The notes beneath the pieces are model-generated. The model ran no database searches. It was not told the origin of the DNA and saw nothing but the letters and a program-made list of their open reading frames with translations. Shown here one piece after another: positions 29,740 through 41,800 of a stretch of 64,000 nt of DNA. Position 1 is the stretch's first letter. Each line of letters starts with the position of its first letter. Origin of the DNA: the human T2T-CHM13v2.0 reference genome, Homo sapiens; assembly GCF_009914755.1 (NCBI RefSeq), contig NC_060926.1; one strand, written 5' to 3'. Position numbers and translations under genes: made by a program.

Positions 29740-29970
29740 ATCAGTCAGGAGAAGGATAATCTTCACACTACAGTTTATGCTTCAGAAGCCACCCCTTCTC
29801 TGTGGATTAGACCATGACTAGAAGTTTCCTGAGACCATCCCTTGCCCAGCTCTTTTGGTGGTCCCCTTCACTTCCTCTGTTACAGGTTTCCCTGATGAGC
29901 ACTCCTTCAATAAAACATAGTCATCCAAATCCCAATCTCAAGCACGGTGTCACGGGAACCTGATCTAAGT
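29740..29970 (+). mobile_element. LTR16-like (ERVL) LTR 3' part with AATAAA at 29909
   Basis: gagcactccttcaataaa...aatcccaatctca...gggaacctgatctaag. Confidence 0.6.
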
Positions 29971-30439
29971 CAGCATTTTCTTTATTCTTAATCACAACTA
30001 GTTGATAGTCCATATCTAATATATAATGAATGTACAGTTGTTTCTGTTGGAGTTCACATATGATGCCTTGTTTCCTTTGTAGTTTTGTGATTGATAGCTT
30101 CGAACTGCTCATTTACCTTGACCTTTTGAATTCTTTGAAAACTGAGTTAAGTCTGATTTTCCAGAGTTTTTATGTTTGCTTCTGTCAGTTGCAGAGAATC
30201 AATGAGAAGAACACTTTAAATTCTTGTTTTCGGTTTTTTTCCAATCACATAAGTAGGATTTACCTGAATATATATATAATATATAAACATATATTTATAT
30301 AAAATAAAAACATATAAAATATGAAATATATAATACAGTATAAAATCTATTTTATGTAAAATCTATTTTATGTAAACATGATAATTAAATATATATTTAA
30401 ATAATATAAATATAATAAATATTTGAAGCAATTGTATTT

Positions 30440-30804
30440 TTTAAAAATTTCTTCTAAAGAAAACCAGGATACATGTGCAGAACCTGCAGGTTTGTTACAT
30501 AGGTATACGTGTGCCATGGTGGTTTGCTGCACCTATTGACCCGTCCTCTAAGTTCCCTCCCCTCACCTCCCACCCCCCAGCAGGCCCTGGTGTGTGTTGT
30601 TCCCCTCTCTGTGTCCATGTATTCTCGCCTCCCACTTATGAGTGAGAACACGCGATGTTTGGTTTTCTGTTCCTGTGTTAATTTGCTGAGGATGATAGCT
30701 TCCAGCTTCATCCACGTCCCTGCAAAGGACATGATCTCATTCCTCAATACTATGGCTACGTAGTATTCCATGGTGTATATATACCACATTTTCTTCATCC
30801 AGTC
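30440..30804 (-). mobile_element. L1PA8-like 3' end
   Basis: gacccgtcctctaagttccctcccctc motif; ORF DWMKKMWYIYTMEYY. Confidence 0.88.
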
Positions 30805-31806
30805 ATGCAAATTTATATGAATGTCAGTTCTTTTATAGTGATCTTCTGGGGCTATTACAATATATAGGGCTGTTTTTTTAAAACTAATTATATTTATTTC
30901 ATGTTGCTTTAACTTATTAAAAAACAGACTGAAGAAAGACTGGGTGTGAAGTCAGTAAATTAATTTCAAATTAAATAAACTTTTCTACAGCTATTTTATG
31001 CTCAATAACTTTCTACTTATTCTTGAGTTCAAAACTATATGGGTTCACATTTAAATTATATAGTGTATTTTCTCCATAAACTGAAGTTGTTAGAACATTG
31101 ATTTTTTTAAGTAAATGGATTTTTGCACCACTTCAAGAAAGAAACCTTCAAACAGCCTGGAAATATCACATCAATAAAGCACAACCTGGGAATCAAAGTA
31201 TTAGGGTACCTTGTTACTGAGATTATGGATGTGATGCTTCTGTGGGCCATTAGCATGTGCACTGTGTGTATGATATGCTCTATGTTCTCTTCCCACTAAT
31301 AATTTTATTTTTAATTTCAGCAAGATTTAGTCTCAAATAACACAATAATAATGGAGGTCATTGTGAAGTAGTGGATGTAAATAGATCTGATGTGGTTTTG
31401 GTTTATTGCAGTAATTGTTTTGACTAATTCTCTAGTTTTTCAACTTTTGATTGTTTAAGATGGTTCTTGAGTCCTTTTGACATGACCCTATCTATTTTTG
31501 ATAACTTCATAGCCTTTAGTATAAAAACAGGTAGGCTTATATTACATATTTCCAACTTCAAACTTGTTATTTATTTATCTAAGACTATACAGTTCTTTTC
31601 AGAGAAAAACCTTCTTTATAAACCAGAATCTTAACAGGAAGAGTGCTCATTTTAATTGAGCTGATCATGTTTCTAGGATTTTTTAGTTAAAAGAAAATAC
31701 ATATTTTAAAAATATAAATTATATTTTTATTTCATAGTGGTATTTTCAATTTTGTCTGGGATAATAAGATGTTTTATTTAACTTGTTTGATTTTGTAGTT
31801 TTATCT

Positions 31807-34078
31807 TTGTGGGAAGGACCTGGTAAGAGGTAATTGAATCATGGGGGCAGGACTTTCCCATGATGTTCTCATGATAATGAATAAGTTTCATGAGATCTGT
31901 TGGTTTCATAATGTGGAGTTTCCCTGCAAAGGCTCTTGTCCTGTCTGTGCCATTTGAGACATGCCTTTCAACTTCTGCCCTGATTGTGAGGCCTCCCCCG
32001 CCATGTGGAATTGGGTCTTACTTTTGTAAATTGCCCAGTCTCAGGTATGTCTTTATCAGCAGCCTGAAAACTGACTAATATAGTAAGTTGGCACCAGTAG
32101 AGAGGGGCACTGCTGAAAAGGTACCCGAATATGTGGAAGCAACTTTAAACTGGGTAACAGGCAGAGGTTGGAATGGTTTGGAGGGCTCATAAGAAGACAG
32201 GAAAGTGTGGGAAATTTGGAACTCCCTAGAGACTTGTTGAATGGCTTTAACCAAAATGCTGATAATAATATGAACAATGAAGTCCAGGCTGAGGTGGTCT
32301 CAGACAAAGATAAGGAACTTCTTGGGAACTGGAGCAAAGGTGACTCTTGTTATGTTTTAGACATAAAGCAAAGAGACTGGAGGCATTTTGCCCCTGCCCT
32401 AGAGATTTGTGGGACATTAAACTTGAGACAGATTATTTAGGGTATCTGGAGGAAGAAATTTTTATGCAGCAAAGCATTCAAGAGGTGACTTGGTTGCTAT
32501 TAAAGGCATTCAGTTTTAAAAGGGAAATACAGCATAAAAGTTCAGAAAATTTTCAGCCTGACAATGCAGTAGAAAAGGAAAACCAATTTTCTGAGGAGAA
32601 ATTTAAGCTGGCTGCAGACATTTACATAAGTAACAAGAAGCTGAATGTTAATCACTAAGACAATGAGGAAAATGTCTCCAGGGCATGTCAGAGACCTTTG
32701 TGGCAGCCCCTCCCATCACAGACCAGGAGCTTTAGAAGGAAAAATGGCTTCGTGGGCTGGTCACAGGGTCCCTCTGCTGTGTGCAGTCTAGGGACTTGGT
32801 GCCCTGTGTCCCAGCAGCTCCATCCATGACTAAAAGGGGCCAAGGTACAGCTTGGGCTGTGGCTTCAGAGGGTGGAAGCCCCAAGTCTTGGCAGCTTCCA
32901 TATGGTGTTGAGCCTGGGTTCACAGAAGTCAAGAACTGAGGTTTGGGAACTTACACCAAGATTTCAGAGGATGTATGGAAATGCCTGGATGCCCAGGCAG
33001 AAGTTTGCTGCAGGGGCAAGGCCCTCATGGAGAACCTCTGCTAGGGCAGTGAAGAAGGGAAAAGTATGGTGGGAGCCCCCATACAGAGTCCCTACTGAGG
33101 CACCACCTAGTGGAGCTTTGAGAAGAGGGCCACTGTCCTCCAGAACTCAGGATGGTAAATCCACCACGCACCTGGAAAAGCTGCAGACAATTCCAGCCTG
33201 TTAAAGCAGCCAGGAGGGGGCTATACCCTGCAAAGCCACAGGGGCGGACCTGCTCAAGGCTGTGGGAGACCACCTCTTGCATCAGTGTGACCTGGATGTG
33301 AGACATGGAGTCAAAGGAGATCATTTTGGAGCTTTAAGATTTGACTGCCCCACTGGATTTCAGACTTTCATGGGGCCTGTAGCCCCTTCGTTTTGGCCAA
33401 TGCCTCCCATTTGGAGTGGCTGTATTTACCCAATGCCTGTATCCCCATTGTATCTAGGAAGTAACTAACTTGCTTTTGATTTTACAGGCCCATAGGTGGA
33501 AGGGCGATGTTTCTTTCTGGAGGCTCCAGGGAGAACTCTGTTTTCTTACCTTTTCTGGATTCTAGAGGCTTCCCACAATCCTTGGCTTAAGGTCCATCTT
33601 TAAGCTTTGTCTCTGATGAGACTTTGGACTGCGGACTTTTGAGTTAATGCTGAAATGAGTTAAGACTTTGGGTGACTGTTGCGAAGACATGATTGGTTTT
33701 GAAATGTGAGAACATTTAAGAGGGGCCAGGGGCAGAATGATATGGTTTGACTTTGTCCGCAGTCAAATCTCATCTTGAATTTCTATGTGTTTGGAGAGGT
33801 ACCCGGTGGGAGGTAATTGAATCATGAGGGCAGGTCTTTTCTGTGCTGTTCTCATGATGGTGAGTAAGTCTCATGAGATCTGATGGTTTTATAAAGGGGA
33901 GTTTCCCTGCCCAAGTTCTTCTCTTGTCTGCCATCATGTGCGATGTGCCTTTCACCTCTGCCATGATTATGAGGCCTCCCTGGCCATGTGGAACTGTGAG
34001 TCCATTAAACCTCTTTCTTTTGTAAATTGCCCAATCTTGGGAATGTCTTTATCAGCAGTGGGAAAATGGATTAATATA
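31807..34078 (+). mobile_element. THE1 (B/C) provirus: truncated 5' LTR to ~32082, internal region, 3' LTR 33738-34078
   Basis: THE1 LTR motifs and MaLR-int peptides (LELPRDLLNGF, MYGNAWMPRQKFAAG); ATTAAA at 34004. Confidence 0.92.
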
Positions 34079-34365
34079 CTAATTTATAGCTAGTAGGTAA
34101 AAAGCCAGGGACTTGCCATTAGCGTTGGAAGTGGGGTTGTGGGGGCAGTCTTGTGGAACTGAGCCCTTAACCTGTGGGGTTGAATGATATCTCCAGGTAT
34201 ATCATGTCAGAATTGAATTCAATTAGAGGATACCTAGCTTGCGTTCAATGCAGAATTGCTTGCTGGTGAGGAGAAATCCCTATACACATTTTGGTGACCA
34301 GAGGTAAAGCATTTTATGTTGATTCTTGAGTGAGAGAGTAGAAATAACACTGGTTTTTTCCCTAT
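34079..34365 (+). mobile_element. MER21-family LTR 3' fragment
   Basis: ggggcagtcttgtggaactgagcccttaacctgtggg...tgtcagaattgaatt. Confidence 0.75.
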
Positions 34366-35383
34366 GTCCTTACAACCACCAATTGGATACATTGTTTCAG
34401 TATTTTGAAATTTTTCATTTAATTTTTATAAATTTTCTTTTTAAATTTTAGATTCTACAATATCTCCAATTCTTCAGTTTATTCCCTCTTACTATGTATA
34501 AGTATTTCCCCAAGTTTCACTTTATCTTTCTATTACTTTTTTTACATAATAGAGCTATAAAGGCAATTCACAATTCTCTCTTTTCTCATATATAATATAG
34601 AGCATATTATAAATACTCTACTTTGGAAAATTATTCTTTATAGGAAATTACAGATAATATTTGATGAAGAAAATCGAATATAATCATTTTTCAATACTTA
34701 GGATAACAGATTCAGGCAAAGATAAAACATTAAAGGAAAAGTTAGTGAAAACTATTAATATATAGTGGAGGCATCACGTTGTTATGAACTTCATTGATCA
34801 ATACTGATACCACTAAAAATGGAACAACATGTAATTATGTGCTCAATGTGATGAATATGAAGTAGACTGCACCACTCTGCAGTACAGTCAGGAAATAAGA
34901 AACCAAGTCCAATCAAAATAGCCCTAAAGCTACCTTCCAGTTTATAAAAAGTATGAAGAATAGAGGGGCAATTAAATGATACCATAAAGAGTCAAATACA
35001 GGGCATGCAACATAGCTGCTGATTGGATTTATTCAACATGTCAGTGGCATGAATACAATAGGAGGCAGGTAGGGAGAAGGCACTACCCTGAATTATGAGA
35101 CTGAAGAGATATAATAAACAAATGCAATGTGTGGACTTGGTTGGGATCTTCATTCAAAGACCAACTATAAAAAGACATTGTTGTGAGAATTGAGGAAATT
35201 TGAATGAGAAATGTATTTTTATCTAATTTGTTAGCTGTGATAATAGTATTGTGGGAGTAAGAAGCTATTCATATTTCTATATATATATACCAAGTACATA
35301 GGAGTGAAATAATACAAAATCTGGAATTTGCCTTAAAATTCCTCTGCAAAATTATAAAAAAGAACGATGACAAACTAAAAAGG

Positions 35384-35895
35384 TGTAGTATTCTTCTATG
35401 GCTGCTATAACAAATGACCAAAAAACATAGTGACTGAAAATAACCCACATTTATTATCTTACAGTTCCATAGGTTAGAAGTTCAACATGGGTCTCATGAG
35501 ATCAAAAGCAAGGCCTTGGCAGGGTGACGTTTCTTTCTGGAGGTTCCAGGGGGAACTCTGTTTTCTTACTTTTTTTAGATTCTAGAGGCTTCCCACAATC
35601 CTTGGCTTAAGGTCCATCTTTAAAGACAGCAACGTTTCATCTCTCTACCTATTCTTTCATCCTTACATCTTTCTCTAACTATTCCTTTTCTTCTGTCTTC
35701 CACTTTTAAGAGCCTTTTTGAGTCTATTGAGGCCAACTGGACAATCAAGGATTATCTCCCTATGTTAAGGTCAATTGATTAGTGACCTAATTCCATCTAC
35801 AATCACAATTCCTCTTTGCCATATAATGTAAAATATTCATACCTCTAAGGATTAGGACATGGACATCTTTGAGGGTCATTAGTCATCTTACCACA
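35384..35895 (-). mobile_element. MLT1C/D solo LTR
   Basis: ggctgctataacaaatgacc...gattaggacatggacatctttg...taccaca. Confidence 0.85.
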
Positions 35896-35975
35896 GGAAG
35901 GAAGGAAGGAAGGAAGGAAGGAAGGAAGGAAGGAAGGAAGGAAAGGGAGGAGAGGAGAGGAGAGGTAGGAGGGAA
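35896..35975 (+). repeat. (GGAA)n / GA-rich repeat
   Basis: About 12 GGAA units followed by GGAGA repeats. Confidence 0.95.
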
Positions 35976-36070
35976 GAAGAAAAAAATAGTATGAAAAAAT
36001 CTTGATAAATTTGAAAACTGGGTGAATAATATGTGGAATTCTCTCTATTTTTGTTAATGTTGGAAAATTT

Positions 36071-36076
36071 AATAAA
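36071..36076 (+). terminator. Candidate distal KYNU polyadenylation signal AATAAA (long 3'UTR isoform)
   Basis: Canonical hexamer at the 3' terminus of a sense-strand old L1. Position fits my recollection that the long annotated KYNU isoform has a ~14 kb last exon; not verifiable here. Confidence 0.55.
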
Positions 36077-36204
36077 AACAATGAACAGTGATGACTTCGG
36101 TGAGAATTTATGTCACCTGCCTCAAAATTTATGACTTCAATAACACCTTGTATGTAATATTTTTCACCATATATTCTGATGTTGGAAACAATCCCTTCTG
36201 CCTT

Positions 36205-38451
36205 TGTATTAGTCCATTCTCACACTGCTATGAAAAATACCTGAGACTGGGTAATTTATAAACAAAAGAGATTTAATTGACTCACAGTTCTGCATGGCTG
36301 GGGAGGCCTCAGGAAACTTACAATTATGGCAGAAGGTGAAGCAGGCGCCTTCTTCACAAGGTGGCAGGAGAGAGAAGAAAGGAAAAGTAAAGGGAGAAGA
36401 GACCCTACAAAACCTTCAGCTCTTGTGAGAACTCACTATCACAAGAACAGCATGGGGGAAATCATCTCCATGATCCAATCACTTTCCACTAGGCCTCTCC
36501 CTTGACATGTGGGTATTATAATTCAAGATAAGATTTGAATGGGGACACAAAGACAAACCATATTATTCCACACCTGACCAAATCTCTGGTCTTCACTTTT
36601 CAAAATCATGCCTTCGCAACTGTCCCCCAAAGTCTTAACTTGTTCCAGCATGAACTCAAAAGTCCAAGTCCAAAGTGTCATCTGAGACAAGGCAAGATCC
36701 TTCTGCCTATGAGCCTGTAAAATCAAAACCAAGTTAGTTATTTCCAGGATACAATGGGGGTACAGGCATTGGATAAGTGCTCCCATTTTAAATGGGAGAA
36801 ATTGGCCAAAACAAAGGGGCCGGAGGCCCCATGCAATTTTGAAATTCAACAGGGCAGTCATTAAATCTTAGAGCTCCAAAATTATCTTCTTTGATTCCAT
36901 GTCTCACATTTGGGTCAAGCTGATGCCAGAGGGGGGCTCCCATAGTATTGGGCAGCTCCAACCCTGTGGCTTTGCAGTGTACAGTTCCCCTCCCAGCTGC
37001 TTTCCCAGGCTGGCATTGCGAGTCTGCAGCAATTCGAGGTGCATGGTACAAGCTGTCAGTGGATCTCCCATTCTGGGGTCTGGAAGATGGTGGTCCTCTT
37101 CTCACAGCTCCACTAGGCAGTTCCCCAGTGGGAACTCCATGTGGGGGCTCCAACTCCACATTTCGCCTTTGCACTGCCCTAGCAGGTGTTCTCCATGAGG
37201 GCTTCGTCCATGTAGCAGACTTCTGCCTGGACACCCAGGCATTTCCATACATCCTTTGAAATGTAGGTGGAGGCTCCCAAACCTCAATTCTTGACCTCTG
37301 TGCACCCGCAGGCCTAACACCATGTGGAAGTTGCCAAGGCTTGGGGCTTGTACCTTCTGAAGCAATGGTCTGAGCTGTACCTTGGCCCCTTTCAATCACA
37401 CGTGCTGGGATGCAGGGCACCAAGTCCCAAGGCTGCACAGAGCCTAGGCCCAGCCCAGGAAATAATTTCTTCCTCCTAGGCCTCTGGGCATGTGATGGGA
37501 GGGGCTGCCATGAAGGTCTCTGACATGTCCTGGAGACATTTTCCCCTTTGGTCCTGGTGATCAACATTCGGCTCCTCGTTACTTATGCAAATTTCTGCAG
37601 CAAGCTTAAATTTCTCCCCAGAAAATGGATTTTTATTTTCTATCACATGGTCAGGCTGCAAATTTTCCAAACTTTTACACCCTGCCACCTCTTGAATGTT
37701 TTGCTGCTTAGAAATTTCTTCCACCAGATACCCTAAATAATCTCTCTCAAGTTAAAAGTTCCACAGATCTCTAGAGCAGAGAAAAAATGCCACCAGTCTC
37801 TTTGCTAAAGTATAGCAAGAGTGACCTTTGCTTCAGTTCCTAAGAAATTCCTCATCTTCATCTGAGACCACCTCAGCCTGGACTTCATTGTCCGTTGTCT
37901 ATCAGCATATTGGTCAAAACCATTCAACAAGTCTCTAGGAAATTCCAAGCTTTCCCACATCTTCCTATCTTCTTTTGAGCCCTCCAAACTGTTCCAACCT
38001 CAGCCTGTTACCCAGTTCAAAGTCCCTTCCACATTTTTAGGTATATTTATAGCAGTACCCCATTCTCCTGGTACTAGTTTACTGTATTACTCTGTTCTCA
38101 CACTGCTATAAAGATACTACCTGAGACTGGGTAATTTTTAAAGAAAAGAGGTTTAATTGATTCACAGTTCCACATGGCTGGGGAGGCCTCAAGAAACTTA
38201 GAATCATGGCAAAAGGCAAAGGAGGCATCTTCTTTACAAGGTGACAGGAGAGAGAATAAGGTAAGAGTGAAGGGGGAAGAGCCTCTTATAAAACCATCAG
38301 CTATCTCGTGAGAACTCACTCATTACCATGAGAACAGCATGGGAAAACTGCCCCCATCATCCAATCACTTCCCACCAGTTCTCTCCCTTAACACATGGGG
38401 ATTACAATTCAAGATGAGATGTGGATGGGGACACAAAGCCAAACTATATCA
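36205..38451 (-). mobile_element. Full-length THE1D/MSTA provirus (LTRs 36205-36565 and 38083-38451)
   Basis: Two direct LTRs, MaLR-int ORF 36788..37567, and near-TSD GCCTT/GCCTC. Confidence 0.92.
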
Positions 38452-39949
38452 GCCTCCATATTTTAAAAGCTTTTGTCTGTAATTTTCTTATAATAGGCTT
38501 CGAAGAAAACATTGGATCCTGCATTGTATTTGTGGACAAAGTATTTCCTCCTTCCTTTAACATAAGCCACTCAATAATGTAGTTAATATTTCTGTTTTTG
38601 TTGGTGTATACAGTACTTACACTTGTGCTGAACACTTAATTCATCCCATCATGAGCAGATAATTAATGAGTAGTGTGTAGTCCTGACAAGTAATATCTGC
38701 TGTACATATTTACCTTGAGTCTAACAGTGGGGCCTTTGCCTTAAAACAGCAGGTTATAGAAACTTCTTTATAATTGAATCGGATTCACTGTAAGCCCACT
38801 GGAAAAATTCAGAAATACATGAAATTTACAAAACATAATTTTAATAGATACCAGTTTTCCACATGTAGAAACTCAATTTTACTCTATTATCCAGTTTGAA
38901 GATAATTATAAAATCTTCAGATTTGAGAGCATCTAAATGCACTGGCTATGTCTTATTTATTATCACACTACAACCTTCTTTGCCTTAGAAGTGCCTCAAA
39001 GACCCTCTGCCAGTGCCCCACCTAGGACTGAACTTGAGAATGACTTATTTGTCCTAAATCAAATGAGAAACATGTTTTAAAGCATGATTTCTCAAGAAAG
39101 ACAAACAAGCTAACATTGGATTCCTTGGCCTCTGTTGAAATTTCAATTTCACATACTCACAATGTTATTTTAGGTGAAAAGAATTTCATTTTTATGCCAA
39201 TATTTACTAAACAGAGGTCTTAATTTTCTCTTTCCCAGTATGTGGGAGCTTCACTTCATGCAGCTCTCTGCACGTTCTATTGTGTTAAAACAGCAAGCTT
39301 GTCAAGAATGGAGACATTGCAGCAATATACACAGTCTATGGGAGACATTTTCTCTATGGGTTAAAGTAAGTTGTTGGATCAAAGTCAGGACATAGATGCT
39401 ACAGCTGGTCTGGGAAAAAATGGCAATTAAGAGGGAAAAAAAGAACAGAAAGAGAGAATCACAGACAGTCTTTTTTTAGGTGGCAACAACAGAACCAGAC
39501 TGCTTGAAACTGGTAACTGACTCCAAATGTCACATTTTTCACTGAATGCTAAATAATATTGCTATTTTATAACCATTACTTGGTTATGTTGCTGGCCATA
39601 TTAACTTCTTTCATAACAAGCTTGTTACATATATTTTTATACATTATATTTGTTGTCCAGATTCTTTCTTATCTTTCTTTGTTTCAACAGTGCTTAGGAG
39701 GATTGAAAAGAAGCAGGTTAAAGGTTCAGGGACACTTCCCTTGAATGGCTTTCAGTCCGTCTAGCCAAAGGCTGGCATATTCATTACAATCAATTCATGC
39801 ACTTCTGTGCAGTTTAACATTCAGCGCTTGTGTGATTACCTATTCATTAGAAAATAACTTATTTAGCTTAAATGTATACTTGTGTCAGAGAAAGTAAAAA
39901 TATAAAAAAGGCAACAACAAAAAACTAAAATTTTAAGTACTTTCTCTGG

Positions 39950-41800
39950 CAAAGTTGAGTAACTTACAATAATCATAAGTGAGAAAAATTACTGTATAAT
40001 AACCACACTTCCAGGTAATATTGGTGATCTAACTCACAGAAAATGTTAACAAATGAATAAAAGTGGTACCAACATGAAAAGCCCTTCCAAAATGATAAGG
40101 GACAAGAGCATATTAGGAATGTCAACTTACTCAAAGCTAGAAAGTAGAGGAAACTGACTTAGCAGGCTGCAGAAAAGTTCGAAGATAATTGCCTGTGTGA
40201 GAAGGGGAGGTTATCAAAGAGTAGTAGTTGATCCAAGTCAAAGAACCATGGAAATGTTTCAGCATTGGAGGTACTAGTTATCGCTGAAGCCTACGATGCA
40301 GGGGAGTTGGAAAACAGGTGGTTGAAAGTCTGTAAAGTTAGCAGTTGGAGCCCAGATTCTTTCCTCCAGCCTGTGCAACCAGAACACTGAATCTTCTCCA
40401 CATCCATGATAGTGGGAGTTTACCCTCTAGAGAAGATGAACTAGTATAGTTCTGGGCTTACAGACATGAGTACATCCGAGGAGGCAGATGAGTGAGCCAT
40501 TTGATAGAAAAATAGGGTGATTCAGCAACATTTTGCATTCTAAGTGGTGAAAGCCCCAGCTCCCTTTCCCTACTTAGCTCCTAAGAACTTACTCATACAC
40601 CCAGGCTTATACTCGCCTTTCCCCCAGCACACCCCAGGAATATGATTATAGATTTATCTCTGGGAAAACTGCCCAGTCCAATTGATAAGAGCTACAAATC
40701 ATTACATCGGGCTCATTGTGGTACAATGGTGTCCACCAATCAAAAAGTTCTGCCCTTGCACAAAATGCTTGCACCTGGTTTTTAGAGTTCCAGTTTTAAA
40801 AATGAATGCACCCAAAGTATCACCAGACTGTCAACCATAACATTTAAAATTCAGGACAGAGTCCAAAAGGACAAACAGGAAACAAACAATTCAATGGAAA
40901 CAGTGAAGATAAAGCACAGGGAAAAAAGGTATAATTAATATATTCAGAGAGAAAAGAAAATACCGTGGAAAAACTATCCTCTTAAAAAGATACAGAGAAC
41001 AAGAAAGAGCTTGTGAAAATGAAAGATGTAATATAGGAAATAAATAATTCAAGAAAATTTTGTAATATAAAATTGAGAAACATTTTCAAAATTAGAACAA
41101 AAGAGAATAATTAGATTAATGCAAGAAGTCAGCAGATGGAAGTTATTTTCAATTCGGAATTATATGACAAGCCAAATTATCAATTAATGTGAAGGTAGAC
41201 TGAAGATGTTTTTCAGTAAGCAAAGTCTTAGAATATTCCTTTCCCATCTACTATTTTAAGCTCTGAAGGAACTAATTTGAGGATCCCAATAAACAGAGAC
41301 AACAATGTTGAACAAATGTAAATGAAGTCAATTGTGAACTCTAAAATGAAACTATGCAGTAAAGGAAATATTACCAGAGTAAACCAGGTAATGTACAAAA
41401 TATGACATATTTAATATTAAACATTGCTAAGTCCCCAATATATTTTACCTATGTCCCTACTCTTTCATATGTACACAACACCAGTTGTAAATAATATTAA
41501 TGTAGCCTTAAGCATGCAAACAAGGAATATTGATGTGATCAAAGTCATGATTTCATTATATTTGGAGGATGAGGAAAGAGAAAATGTGTATGTCTGTGCT
41601 TGCATGCAGGCACAATGTGGGAGAGGGAGATGTGTGACAGCTAAATCTTTAATTTTCACAATAGGGAAAAATGTAAATTTGAAGATACAAAATAGCAATC
41701 AACCCATATTACTTAAAAATATTGAGCTAAATATAAGTAGAAACAGCGAAAATAGTTGTAAGCAATTCCCTATTTGCAGAAATTAAGATAGATGTGAATG
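39950..41800 (+). mobile_element. Degraded old L1M/HAL1 5' region
   Basis: A-rich, with ORF1-like motifs (agccaaattatcaattaa..gaagg). Boundaries approximate. Confidence 0.45.

Larger units (their letters stand above)
34800..36080 (+). mobile_element. L1MC-like 3' end, interrupted by an MLT1 LTR and (GGAA)n
   Basis: aaatgcaatgtgtggac, tgtgataatagtattgtgg and tctggaatttgccttaaaa; terminal tgttggaaaatttaataaaa. Confidence 0.65.

Noticed and set aside
36788-37567. 259-aa ORF (and the 232-aa ORF at 55889..56587) as novel genes
   Set aside because: Both are MaLR (THE1/MST) internal sequence; the same peptides recur in all three proviruses, and the second ORF starts inside an Alu.
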